From: an uncultured Thermoplasmata archaeon
GTDB taxonomy: Archaea; Thermoplasmatota; Thermoplasmata; Halarchaeoplasmatales; Halarchaeoplasmataceae
Length of the DNA: 52,163 nt
Assembly (NCBI GenBank): GCA_964398905.1
Contig: CAYNOV010000001.1
Location: 1 to 52,163, forward strand
Direction of reading: 5' to 3'
In this document: in pieces, positions 1 through 9,468 of the stretch
Layout: the number at the start of each line of letters is the position of its first letter
Numbering within the stretch: the first letter of the stretch is position 1
Translations under genes and position numbers: made by a program
The notes under the pieces: model-generated
Seen by the model: the letters and a program-made list of their open reading frames with translations, nothing else
The model's database searches: none
Told to the model about the DNA's origin: nothing

Positions 1-1303
1 CTATATTGCCCAAACTGCTGGCAGACGCGGAGATTCCTGAAACAAGATCAAAACCTAGCCATACCATGATAAAGGCTCCAAAAATAAATATCAATATGTA
101 GGCGCAAAAGAACATCGCTACCGTTCCAAGTATTCTCTCATCTATGACTGTATCTCCCATTCTGACAACTTCTACTCTTCTCGGATTTATCCACTCTTTG
201 AATTTTCTCTTGATCATCTTATAGAGTAGCAATATCCTCACGACTTTGATACCACCGCTCGTGGAACCGTTCGATCCTCCGATAAACATCAATAACAAAA
301 GAAGAAATCTTGTAATTTCTGGCCATGCGTCGAAGTTCTGTGTAGTATACCCTGTAGAGGTCAAGATCGAAACTGTCTGAAAGAATGCATCCCGTATCGA
401 TATGTTTTGACTGACTCCAAAGAGTATCACCATGACTGAACCAGTTACTATTATCAAAATGTAAGCCTTGAATTCGGAATCTGTAAATAATTTTTTGAGC
501 CTTCCCCTGAAAGCCTGGTAATGAAGAGCAAAATTTGTACCGGCGATTATCATGAAGAAAATTATTATCCATTGGACTGTTGAGGAGAAATACGCGACGC
601 TTTCAGTGTGTGGGGAATAACCACCTGTGGGCATCGTGGTCAATGAATGGTATACCGCATCGTACGGACTGACTCTGGCTCCGAGGAGCAGTAAGAACAA
701 CATAAAAGTGAAAAGACAATAAATATACCACAGCCACTTCGCGGTTTCTTTTATCTTAGGTTTTAATCTGGTTATCGTGGGGCCGGGTGATTCCGCCTCT
801 AAAAGTCTCTGTCCTCCGGTACTCAATTTGGATAAAATAGCGACAGACAACACTATGACCCCCATACCACCTATCCACTGCATCAATGCACGCCAAAGTA
901 AAATACTTCTTGGATATGCTTCGAGAGGAAAAGAAAGAACTGTAGAACCTGTGGTGGTTATACCCGCCATCGACTCGAAGAAGGCATCGACAGGTGACGA
1001 AAGAGTAAAAGTTAGGATAAAAGGTAAAGATGAAATCAAAGCGAGAATCAACCAGGTAAAGCTCACTATAACTATAGATTCGTTATAATAAAAATCTTCC
1101 GCTCTTGTAAAATTTTCCAAGGGATAACCGATGGAGATAGTTAAGAAACCGAGGAATATAAAAGCTAAAGCGTTGTAAGGTAGAATACCAAAAAATAAAG
1201 GTGCTTCCTGATAATAGAAAGCCGAGATGGCTGGGATAAAAAATGCTATACCATATAGCTTTAGTATCGATCCCAAATTGCCAAGAACTACTTTCCATCT
1301 CAT
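1..1303 (-). CDS. trkH: TrkH/KtrB-family K+ uptake transporter membrane subunit (C-terminus lies beyond the window edge)
   Basis: Absent from the ORF track because there is no stop in the window. My translation of the minus strand from the ATG at 1303..1301 gives MRWKVVLGNLGSILKLYGIAFFIPAISAFYYQEAPLFFGILPYNALAFIFLGF. I checked all 434 codons down to nt 2 and found no stop. In the same frame at nt 289 it reads MFIGGSNGSTSGGIKVVRILLLYK, the TrkH GGxxGSTxGGIKxxR signature. An in-frame TAA lies upstream at 1336..1334. Confidence 0.85.
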   Translation of the reverse strand, partial: MRWKVVLGNLGSILKLYGIAFFIPAISAFYYQEAPLFFGILPYNALAFIFLGFLTISIGYPLENFTRAEDFYYNESIVIVSFTWLILALISSLPFILTFTLSSPVDAFFESMAGITTTGSTVLSFPLEAYPRSILLWRALMQWIGGMGVIVLSVAILSKLSTGGQRLLEAESPGPTITRLKPKIKETAKWLWYIYCLFTFMLFLLLLGARVSPYDAVYHSLTTMPTGGYSPHTESVAYFSSTVQWIIIFFMIIAGTNFALHYQAFRGRLKKLFTDSEFKAYILIIVTGSVMVILFGVSQNISIRDAFFQTVSILTSTGYTTQNFDAWPEITRFLLLLLMFIGGSNGSTSGGIKVVRILLLYKMIKRKFKEWINPRRVEVVRMGDTVIDERILGTVAMFFCAYILIFIFGAFIMVWLGFDLVSGISASASSLGNI

Positions 1304-1855
1304 TTTGACGTCAAGCCTCTTCGTTTGTTTTAATTAGCTGACCTTACCTCCTACTTTCTTTGGTCATAATCAGGTAAATCCTCGGACCGTTATTCACTGT
1401 GGAAAATTTTTTGAATAAGATTCCTTTTTCAAGAAGAAAGATTCAATCCCCCTTTGACAACACAGTGATCAGGTTACGACTTGAAGTAGTCAGACCGGGC
1501 CGCAATTCTTCTATTTTGGCGAATCAACCTTCTAAACGTATATAATACTTATTATTTTTCTAGATAAACTAGAGATATACCACTTAGATGGCCTAGCATG
1601 TTAGGAAGAGTTATTATGTCCACTAGAAATACCTCCGAGCAAAATAAATTAGTAGGAAACCATGAGAGATAAGATCAATTAAGAAAATAATTTTATTAGA
1701 ATTTGCGCACAAATTCGATCAAATCTCAGAGTTTTCTATGAAAAATTCCTCAGTAAAATTGTTAACTTAATACGTTCCGTGAAGAGTTATATTGCGTTAT
1801 AAAACGAGAGGACTACCGAAACTTATTGACCTTGACTCAAATGAAGAGTTGGATC

Positions 1856-2671
1856 TTAATCCGAATAAAAATTCATCAAATTTTTTCTAGTATCGTCAAG
1901 AGCGGGTCTTCCTCTTCTAGCTCCAGTTATCGCTCCTAGATCTATCTCGGTAGTCATGATCTCCTCTTCAAAGTACATACCCTTCTTCAAGATCGTACCC
2001 TTTGGAGAGATCGTCGAGGCGCCACCCCAGAAATACATACTTTCCTCCCTAGCCACTAGATTATTGTAGAATATATAGCTCGTTGTCTCGATAGCTCTAG
2101 CGGGAAGAACCCTTTCAAAATACTTTCTTGTGGTCGAAGGTGAAGCAGATATGACAACTATCATCTCAGCTCCTTTTTGAGCCATCGCCTTTGTAAGTTC
2201 TGGGAAGAAAACATCATAACAGATGAGCATACCGACTTTTCCTATCGGTGTTTCAAATACAGGTATCTCATCATCTGCGTGGAAATACCTCTTGTCTTGG
2301 AAGGGCCCAAAATTGGGTAAATACGTTTTCCTATATACATTGAGCTCTCCCTCGGGAGTAGCTAAAAGAGCTGTATTTCTCAATCTCCCTTCATTTTTAA
2401 CTTTCTCAGGCATACCAACTATTATGTTCATTTCATTCTCAACCGCAAGTCGGGAGATCTCACGGGAAGAAGGTCCCGGTATCTCTTCAGCTTCATACCA
2501 AACGCTGTCTCCTAAGGAATAGCCGGTCAAGAACATCTCTGGGAAGATCAGTAAGTCAGTATCTACGGATCCGGCGGTCTGCCTTATCACTTCTAGATTG
2601 TGATCTTTATCTCCTAGTCTGTGTTCCTTCTGGGCAAGAGTAGCTTTCATATCTTTAGGTAAGTTCTGCAT
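1856..2671 (-). CDS. Carbon-nitrogen hydrolase (nitrilase superfamily amidohydrolase)
   Basis: 271 aa. Glu-Lys-Cys triad contexts: FPEMFLTGY, YRKTYLPNFG, GMLICYDVFFPE. Confidence 0.8.
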   Translation of the reverse strand: MQNLPKDMKATLAQKEHRLGDKDHNLEVIRQTAGSVDTDLLIFPEMFLTGYSLGDSVWYEAEEIPGPSSREISRLAVENEMNIIVGMPEKVKNEGRLRNTALLATPEGELNVYRKTYLPNFGPFQDKRYFHADDEIPVFETPIGKVGMLICYDVFFPELTKAMAQKGAEMIVVISASPSTTRKYFERVLPARAIETTSYIFYNNLVAREESMYFWGGASTISPKGTILKKGMYFEEEIMTTEIDLGAITGARRGRPALDDTRKNLMNFYSD

Positions 2672-2736
2672 GTTATTTAAGGGTTTTACCGGAGAGTCCC
2701 AAGAACGATAAAAACTAATACATACGGTCGATATAG

Positions 2737-3099
2737 ATGTTCAGTGATAATTTGCCCGAAAGTTCTAGGACCGTTGACTCCCTTCTGAAAGGGGGCGAAG
2801 AATTATTAGATACTGAAAATCTTATGGTAGAAGCTGTAGAGGAACTCATTAAGGATGAGATCAAGGAACGTATCAGAAGTAAATTGAACGAGAATGAAGA
2901 ACTTAAAGCGGAATTCGAAGAGTACGTGAAGGTGTTGATGGAAGCCAAGATGAAAGAAGCCTACGCCTACGCGATGTTGGCCAAGACGAGCGCTGATCTT
3001 GGTTTTGAACTCGTCCCTCCAGAGATGAAGGACAAGATGAACGAAAAACTAAGAGAGTTCATCGAAAAGAAGATGGAAGAGATGATGAAAGAGGGCTGA
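2737..3099 (+). CDS. Hypothetical small acidic helical/coiled-coil protein
   Basis: 120-aa ORF. Its E/K-rich composition matches the rest of the proteome, while the antisense frame is low-complexity S-rich. I recognise no family. Confidence 0.45.
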   Translation: MFSDNLPESSRTVDSLLKGGEELLDTENLMVEAVEELIKDEIKERIRSKLNENEELKAEFEEYVKVLMEAKMKEAYAYAMLAKTSADLGFELVPPEMKDKMNEKLREFIEKKMEEMMKEG

Positions 3100-3183
3100 T
3101 ATCAAAATCCTCAAATATATTCCTCTACACAGATCGGATCAAAGGCAAATATAAAATACTACCGTTTTAGAATTATCAAGAAG

Positions 3184-4398
3184 ATGAGATTCTACGTCGA
3201 AGCCTACGGATGTACCATGAATCAAGGAGAAACGGAGATGATAGCGGAGTCTCTAGAAGATGAAGGACATGAACAAGTAGACTCTCTAGAGAAAGCGGAT
3301 AAAGTCCTGATAGGGACCTGCGTGGTGATCAAAAAAACGGAAGAAAGGATGAAGAGAAGGGTCGAGGAATTACAGCAGGAATGCTCTCAAGTCCTGGTTT
3401 CGGGCTGTCTTTCCTCTACCCGGAGGGAAGAAGTTGAAAGAAGATGTCCAGAACTAAATTTTATAACCCCGTCTGAAGTGGAGATGTCAAAAAAACCCTT
3501 GAAGTCTGAACATGATTCTGTTATAGGTACGATCCCTATATCTTCAGGCTGTTTGGGTGATTGTTCCTATTGTATAACTAAATTGGCTAGAGGTAGGATA
3601 AAAAGCAGATCGATCGAGGAAATAAGATCTAGGTTCGAAAACCTGTTATGTCGATCAACCAAAGAGATAAGACTAACGAGTCAAGATTCTGCCCTTTACG
3701 GAAAAGATATATCAACAGACCTTATCGAACTTTTAGACGAATTATTAAAGATCGAACGAGACTTTAAAATACGGATCGGAATGATGAACGTCGATACTCT
3801 ACAGCCGATACAGTCCGAGTTGATGGATATCATGGAAGACGAAAGGATCTATAAATTCCTACATCTTCCACTACAATCCGGTTCTAACAAGATATTGGAT
3901 AGGATGAATAGAAATTACAATGTAGAAAAGTGGAAAAAAACTGCGAAAGAATTCAGGAATAGATTTCCAGACCTTTCACTTTCTACCGATGTAATCGTTG
4001 GCTTTCCAGGAGAAACTGATGATGACTTCGAAAAGACTAAGGAAGCTGTAAAAGAGATCAAACCGGACGTCATCAACGTGACTAGGTTCAGTCCTCGTGA
4101 AGGTACTGAAGCCGCCCAGATGGAGGATCGAGTTCATTCTAGGAAGAAAAAGGAAAGGTCCAAAGAGATGACCGATCTTCGCTTCAAAATAAGTAGAGAG
4201 ATAAACGAAAAGTATGTTGATAGAAGAACCGACATATATATTCTAGAAGAGGGGAAGGAAAACTCTCTAAAAGGAAGGATGGACAACTACAAAGTAGTTG
4301 TCCTTAAAAACGTAAATAGCGAACTCATAGGAGAACGGAAAACAGTAAGGATAAAAAGAGCCGAAGACGTTTATCTTTTAGGAGAGATAGTGTCTTAA
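3184..4398 (+). CDS. Radical-SAM methylthiotransferase, MiaB/MtaB (CDKAL1-like archaeal type) with C-terminal TRAM-like domain
   Basis: N-terminal MTTase motif FYVEAYGCTMNQGETE. Radical-SAM CxxxCxxC motif in SSGCLGDCSYCITKLARG. C-terminal IGERKTVRIKRAEDVYLLGEIV. Confidence 0.85.
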   Translation: MRFYVEAYGCTMNQGETEMIAESLEDEGHEQVDSLEKADKVLIGTCVVIKKTEERMKRRVEELQQECSQVLVSGCLSSTRREEVERRCPELNFITPSEVEMSKKPLKSEHDSVIGTIPISSGCLGDCSYCITKLARGRIKSRSIEEIRSRFENLLCRSTKEIRLTSQDSALYGKDISTDLIELLDELLKIERDFKIRIGMMNVDTLQPIQSELMDIMEDERIYKFLHLPLQSGSNKILDRMNRNYNVEKWKKTAKEFRNRFPDLSLSTDVIVGFPGETDDDFEKTKEAVKEIKPDVINVTRFSPREGTEAAQMEDRVHSRKKKERSKEMTDLRFKISREINEKYVDRRTDIYILEEGKENSLKGRMDNYKVVVLKNVNSELIGERKTVRIKRAEDVYLLGEIVS

Positions 4399-4404
4399 AA
4401 GCTT

Positions 4405-5298
4405 CTATTCTAGATATGTACTTTCCTTGAACTTTATCAGGTTGAAAAGAGTCTCGTTGATCGGAGTCGATAATCCGAGTTCTCTTCCTTTGTTAATTAT
4501 CTCCCCATTGATCTGATCTATCTCCGTTCTACTTTCGTTTTTTATGTCCTGAAGCATACTGGAGAAGTTATCTGAAGTGTTTTTAGCTACTTCTTTCGCT
4601 CTAGAAACTAGGATTTCTTTTGAGGTCTCTACCTGTTCTTCTGCGATACTGCCGCTCTCTAAGATGATATTTTCAAGTAATTCGTTTAGATGATCATCTT
4701 CAATTAGAAGTCCATTTTTCACCTCTAGAACAGACGTCAATGGATTTATGCCGGAGTTTACGACTGCCTTCTCCCATATATGATCCATGATATGATCGCT
4801 AGTCTTTGTCTCTACACCCGCCTCATTGAATGTCTGACTAACTCTCTCTACATACTCGTTGATACCTTCAGGATACTTTCCGATGATAGTATCTCCCTTA
4901 CCAGCATGTTTGACTTTACCGGGCTCTAAAAAGGTGACGCCGTTAGTCGTTATGCCACCTATAGTCAAGCCATCTTTCACATATCCTGAGATCACTCTTT
5001 CGTTGTTGAGTCCATTTTGAAGAGATAAAACCATTGGATCGGAGATGTATTTTGATAAAGTAGATACGGCTTCTTCAGTATCGAAAGCCTTTGTGCAGAT
5101 TATTATCAGATCATCATCGGAAATATCGGAAGGAGAACAGGTATAATTGACTGATGTTTTTACTTCAGTTTTCCCGATGATCTCGACATTTTCTATTTCT
5201 AAAGGTCTTCTACCTAAAAGATCAACTTCATTTCTTTTACCGAGGATACCAGCGAGAAAAGTACCGATCGCTCCCGGACCTACTATAGCTATCTTCAA
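4405..5298 (-). CDS. panE: 2-dehydropantoate 2-reductase (ketopantoate reductase family)
   Basis: Rossmann N-terminus MKIAIVGPGAIGTFLAG. C-terminal SSMLQDIKNESRTEIDQINGEII is typical of the ApbA/PanE family. Confidence 0.75.
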   Translation of the reverse strand: MKIAIVGPGAIGTFLAGILGKRNEVDLLGRRPLEIENVEIIGKTEVKTSVNYTCSPSDISDDDLIIICTKAFDTEEAVSTLSKYISDPMVLSLQNGLNNERVISGYVKDGLTIGGITTNGVTFLEPGKVKHAGKGDTIIGKYPEGINEYVERVSQTFNEAGVETKTSDHIMDHIWEKAVVNSGINPLTSVLEVKNGLLIEDDHLNELLENIILESGSIAEEQVETSKEILVSRAKEVAKNTSDNFSSMLQDIKNESRTEIDQINGEIINKGRELGLSTPINETLFNLIKFKESTYLE

Positions 5299-5321
5299 TT
5301 TTTATCCCTCTATAAGATACC

Positions 5322-8300
5322 TCAATTTCTAGCATCTATTATTACATCAACGACACCATTGATCTGGTCCAATTGATTATCTTCAAGTATATTTGGATTG
5401 ATAGGTATGACTAAGATCGAATCGTTTATAGCTACTTGATCTTTGATAGATTGTACCAGGTGAAGGACCGTTCTAAAATCATTATTGGTGATCAAATATT
5501 CTACTCCATTGAACAGGATCACGCCTCTATCTCTTGCTAAAAAGTTCTCCAATGCAAGACTCAATTTTTCCAGGCTCTTAGGTCTGATAACATCGTCTCT
5601 ATCTACATTGGAAAGCCATATCATATCCACGTCCTCTAGGTCGTACTCTTCTTTTATCTTATCAGGATAATCTCTAGTCACACAAAGTCCTTTTTCACCA
5701 GTTTCTAATATCTGTTTGAATATTTCAAAAGATCTCTCTGAATCTTCCTCTTCTATAAGATGAGTAGAGCATTTAGAGACACCTTCCGGTAGACGAGTTT
5801 TTCTCTTTTCTGTTTCTTCGATCTTTTTTTCTGAACTTTGATCTTTTACCACGTCCATGTGTTTATCCCTATAATGTCGTTCGACCCAACCCACTGTCTG
5901 ATAGGTCTTTTCACAATCCTCATGGGGACACAAATATTCTCCATCTTCTTCTTCGATATCGATGTCTAATCCTTCTTTTTCTCCAGATATATCGGTCTCT
6001 GGTTTTTCAATTTCTTCAGCTTTTTCTTCAGATCCTTCTTCCGCTTCTTCATCTTCCTTCAACTTTTCCTCAACCTGATCCTCCTCTTTTTTCTCTTCAA
6101 ATGAATTCACGACTTTTTCAGCACATCCTTCACCAAGACCTTCTATCTCTAAGAGTTCTTCTCTGGTCGCTTCAAAGAGGGAATCAACGAATGTGTACCC
6201 AGCCTGGTAAACCTCTAAACCTTTTTCTTCATCTAATCCACAAATATCGGTGAGATATCCGATGACTTCGGTCTTGTAGAGAGGATCGATACCGATCTCG
6301 ACCTCTTCTCCGTTAACGTCCCATCCCAAAATATATTGGCTTTTTTCAACCCCTCCAGATTTTAGCCTGAACTTTCTAGCACCTACTTCATCTCTGATTT
6401 CTTTCATTGTAGGCTCTAGAGCATCTAAAACATTATCAGTCCCGGAAATGTAAACATCTATTTCATCCTCATCTGCGATGTCCAAGTCCATTCGCATACT
6501 TTTGATCCTTAGTTCGATCTCTCTTGCAGTTTCCTCATCCCATATCTCATCCGAAACTCTTAGATCAACGAAGATCTCTTGATCATCGAGGTCTATCTTC
6601 TCAAAACCATCAGGCATCTCTCTGATAAAGTTCACCATAGACGGATCGATCTCTACGATCTGACCTTCGAGTCCCATCTCGAAGCCGCCTTTTTCCATCC
6701 CCTCTTTTATGTTCTCTGGTGACTTCTTCTCCAACATGGTCGCTATTTTACTTACCCAGTGTTGGTAAGATTTTCTTATAACGTCCCTCTTAGGTTCAGC
6801 TCTCAATATAGCTTCATCCCATCCTTCATCTGGATATAAAATTTCTATCTCTTTGACTTTTGCCTTCAATCTTATTATCCTTTCGAATTTTTCGGCTAAT
6901 TCAACAGCATCTTGACTTTTGCCTTTATAAACTATCCTTTGAAGGGGCCATATCTCTGGAAGGTCGGATCGCTTTTTGGTAAGGATTATCGAATCTATGA
7001 CTTTGCTTACTTCCGCCATCTCTTCTTCTAGAACTTCGTTATGCCGCTCCTCTTTATTTTCGGGCCAATCCTCCAAGAAAATACTGTCTTTATTACGATA
7101 GAATTCTCTATAGATATTTTCGGCAAGCATAGGGAAAACGGGAGCTATCAATTTAGAAAGGTCATCTAACAATTCGTAAAAAATGCACAACAGATCGAGT
7201 TCTTGATCCATCCTAGCTTCATCCAACCTGTCTCTTACTGAGATCATATATGTCTGAGCAAAATCATCGAGGACAAAATTTTGGAGTGAATCGATCATCT
7301 CTTCAAATCTGTAATTTGAATATGCTTTGGTGAGTTCTTCTTTGGTACTCTCCAATCTTGAAAGGATCCATTCATCTTCATAGTCGATTTCATCACTAAA
7401 GGAGTTCTCTTCTAAATCTTCTAAATCTAATTCAGATCCAGCTATAGACCTTCTTAAGAACACTTGTATGTTTTTCAGAACTTTTACCAATGGATGTGGA
7501 TATTCGATATCTTCTCCTTTTACATATCTCTTAGTCCATAAGGGTTTTTCCGAAAAAAGGTTACCTCTGAGAGAATCATAACCGTGTCTTTTTACTAGAC
7601 TGCTTACATCTTTGTGATCTATGCTACTGACTACGGTTCCAAGAGGAAGTACTTTTTCCGAGCTGTTCTCACCAAAAAGTGATAAAGATAGGACAACACT
7701 TTCATCTAACTGAGATCCGACCCTAGAATCATCCTCCACAAGGACCTTAGCTGGCCACCAAGATTGATGACCTTTTTCCTCACAAGGATATCCTATCTGA
7801 GCCCAAGGAGAGCAAGCCCGGATGAAAGAAGGATCGATGGTCTTTTCTGTCCAAGTCATAATTTTACCACAATCCGGACATCCTAATTGTATGTCTGGTG
7901 TTTCAAGTATTGTTAAAGGAAAATCTATATCTTCGGTGGATAGCTCTTCGAGATCAGAATGTTGTGAAGGTGTGAATATCGTTCCACAATCACATTTCCA
8001 CATGGGAAATGGATGTCCCCAGATATTGTCTCTTGTCAAAGGCCACTCTCCAAAAAACACATCTTTATTTGAAGGTTTTATGTTTTCGAGTTCGTTGTCA
8101 TAGTCAATACTTGACGAATCAAAAAACCATTCTCTTTTTGGATAAGTTATCAATCTGTTTTTACATGTAGAGCATCTCTCAACATCTTTTTTTGTTTCTG
8201 ATCGAGAGAGAAGCAAGCCTTTAGATTCAAGATCATCCAATATAACAGATTCGCTCTCAGCTGCTGAGATACCAGAATATTTGTTCATCCTAGGACCATC

Positions 8301-9371
8301 ATCAAAATGCCCATTCATCATGAGAGGATCGTATCGTGATAGATCTTCTTTCTCGGCGATCTTCCAGTGAAGTTTATCATAATAAGGTGTAAGAGGAACG
8401 ATGCCAGTTCCATCTAATCTGATATCGTTGGAAAGTATAACCTTTCCTAGTTTTCCATATTCCTCGGTTTTTATAGGTATCTTATCCCCCAACGGATATC
8501 TGTAGGTAAGCCCTTCAAGGGCTTCCCCTGTAACAACCTTTTGGACCTCGTAATCTTGAACCTGAGCGATCTCGAGCATATCTTCAATCGTTGATTTAAG
8601 AACTACAAGCTGTTCTGGATCTTCTTCCGAACCGATCTTCACGATGGCATATTCTTCATCGGGATGAACAACGATGTTTAAACTAGCAGGATACTTCCAC
8701 ATATCTTCTAGATAAGTCAAAAAATATCTATTTTTGCCACTAGCTAAAGGTATCTTAACTAACGCTTCTTCTTTTACTTCTGATGTAGATGTTACCTCGA
8801 TATCAGATAGAGAAGTTTTACATTCAGGACAAAATTTTAAAGGCTTTCTACGTTGGATCAAAAGATCCTTTTCATATAAGTTATCTATAGTCCACCATAT
8901 CGGGTCTAAGAAGTCTTTAGAGCGTGTTTGATATTCAAATTCATCGATCATCCAGACCCCTAATTTTTTTAATTCGTCTCGAGTAGATTCGATGTATCGT
9001 TCTGATCTATCATCGATTTCACTGAGCAGCTCTTTCTTATCCTCATCGTCTATCGTTTTAAGACATTCGATATCATCCATGTCTTTAATAGAAAGTTTTT
9101 CAACTTTGTTGTTCATCGATTCAAAACCCACACCATTTCTAACGTTATATCCACTGATACTGTAGAAGCGGGCGAGAGTATCATAAACCATGTTGATGAA
9201 TATCTCGTTCCACTCTAGGTGATCTTTAGTATTAACTGGCGCCCTTGGCAAATATACGTTCCTGCCTCCCTTTCTAAATTCACTGACCTCATCATCTATA
9301 TCTCCGGATCTCCAAAATTTGATGGTATCTTCTTCTGACTTCTGAAGTTTCAAGCGATCATCAAGGTCCAT
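5322..9371 (-). CDS. Class-Ia aminoacyl-tRNA-synthetase-like protein (IleRS/ValRS-type scaffold, degenerate catalytic motifs) fused to HhH, acidic linker, C2H2 zinc finger and C-terminal DUF835
   Basis: 1349 aa. Synthetase landmarks are retained: CPECKTSLSDIEV, ERCSTCKNRLITYPKREWFFD, WPLTRDNIWGHPFPMWKCDCG, HGYDSLRGNLF, EWILSRLESTKEE. The HIGH position reads DHLEW (nt 9210..9224) and the KMSKS position reads KDVSS (nt 7599..7613). HhH is LLEIEGLGEGCAEKVVNSF (about 6099..6200). The zinc finger is YLCPHEDCEKTYQTVGWVERHYRDKH (about 5853..5942). DUF835 is GLCVTRDYPDKIKE...VILFNGVEYLITNNDF (about 5325..5774). Confidence 0.7.
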   Translation of the reverse strand: MDLDDRLKLQKSEEDTIKFWRSGDIDDEVSEFRKGGRNVYLPRAPVNTKDHLEWNEIFINMVYDTLARFYSISGYNVRNGVGFESMNNKVEKLSIKDMDDIECLKTIDDEDKKELLSEIDDRSERYIESTRDELKKLGVWMIDEFEYQTRSKDFLDPIWWTIDNLYEKDLLIQRRKPLKFCPECKTSLSDIEVTSTSEVKEEALVKIPLASGKNRYFLTYLEDMWKYPASLNIVVHPDEEYAIVKIGSEEDPEQLVVLKSTIEDMLEIAQVQDYEVQKVVTGEALEGLTYRYPLGDKIPIKTEEYGKLGKVILSNDIRLDGTGIVPLTPYYDKLHWKIAEKEDLSRYDPLMMNGHFDDGPRMNKYSGISAAESESVILDDLESKGLLLSRSETKKDVERCSTCKNRLITYPKREWFFDSSSIDYDNELENIKPSNKDVFFGEWPLTRDNIWGHPFPMWKCDCGTIFTPSQHSDLEELSTEDIDFPLTILETPDIQLGCPDCGKIMTWTEKTIDPSFIRACSPWAQIGYPCEEKGHQSWWPAKVLVEDDSRVGSQLDESVVLSLSLFGENSSEKVLPLGTVVSSIDHKDVSSLVKRHGYDSLRGNLFSEKPLWTKRYVKGEDIEYPHPLVKVLKNIQVFLRRSIAGSELDLEDLEENSFSDEIDYEDEWILSRLESTKEELTKAYSNYRFEEMIDSLQNFVLDDFAQTYMISVRDRLDEARMDQELDLLCIFYELLDDLSKLIAPVFPMLAENIYREFYRNKDSIFLEDWPENKEERHNEVLEEEMAEVSKVIDSIILTKKRSDLPEIWPLQRIVYKGKSQDAVELAEKFERIIRLKAKVKEIEILYPDEGWDEAILRAEPKRDVIRKSYQHWVSKIATMLEKKSPENIKEGMEKGGFEMGLEGQIVEIDPSMVNFIREMPDGFEKIDLDDQEIFVDLRVSDEIWDEETAREIELRIKSMRMDLDIADEDEIDVYISGTDNVLDALEPTMKEIRDEVGARKFRLKSGGVEKSQYILGWDVNGEEVEIGIDPLYKTEVIGYLTDICGLDEEKGLEVYQAGYTFVDSLFEATREELLEIEGLGEGCAEKVVNSFEEKKEEDQVEEKLKEDEEAEEGSEEKAEEIEKPETDISGEKEGLDIDIEEEDGEYLCPHEDCEKTYQTVGWVERHYRDKHMDVVKDQSSEKKIEETEKRKTRLPEGVSKCSTHLIEEEDSERSFEIFKQILETGEKGLCVTRDYPDKIKEEYDLEDVDMIWLSNVDRDDVIRPKSLEKLSLALENFLARDRGVILFNGVEYLITNNDFRTVLHLVQSIKDQVAINDSILVIPINPNILEDNQLDQINGVVDVIIDARN

Positions 9372-9468
9372 GATATCCTAGTTACATATCAGTTTCTTCT
9401 ATATTAAATTAATTTTTATTTCGGACTGTACTCTAAAGTATATCGATTTTTTTGACCGAAGGATAGGT

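Noticed and set aside
219-1298. Track ORFs 219..572(-), 777..1088(+) and 1083..1298(-)
   Set aside because: They lie inside the trkH reading frame, which is open over all 434 codons from 1303 to the window edge and carries the TrkH GGIKxxR signature. Their own translations have no recognisable features, so they are out-of-frame shadows.
1430-1460. T-loop-like string GATTCAATCCCCC, considered as a possible tRNA in the long intergenic gap
   Set aside because: There is no complementary T-stem, acceptor stem or anticodon arm around it. I found no cloverleaf by inspection.
1394-1468. CACTGTGGAAA, which faintly resembles an archaeal mini-ORB origin box, plus an inverted repeat in an AT-rich gap. 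Considered as a replication origin.
   Set aside because: There is a single imperfect copy, no repeated ORB elements and no adjacent orc1/cdc6 gene. In AT-rich DNA this is insufficient.
5322-9371. Annotating the 1349-aa ORF simply as isoleucyl-tRNA synthetase
   Set aside because: By-eye alignment shows the HIGH, KMSKS, GWDxHGLP, DQTRGWF and editing-site motifs are all substituted. The ORF also carries ~290 extra C-terminal residues with unrelated domains. Calling it the housekeeping enzyme would be unsupported.
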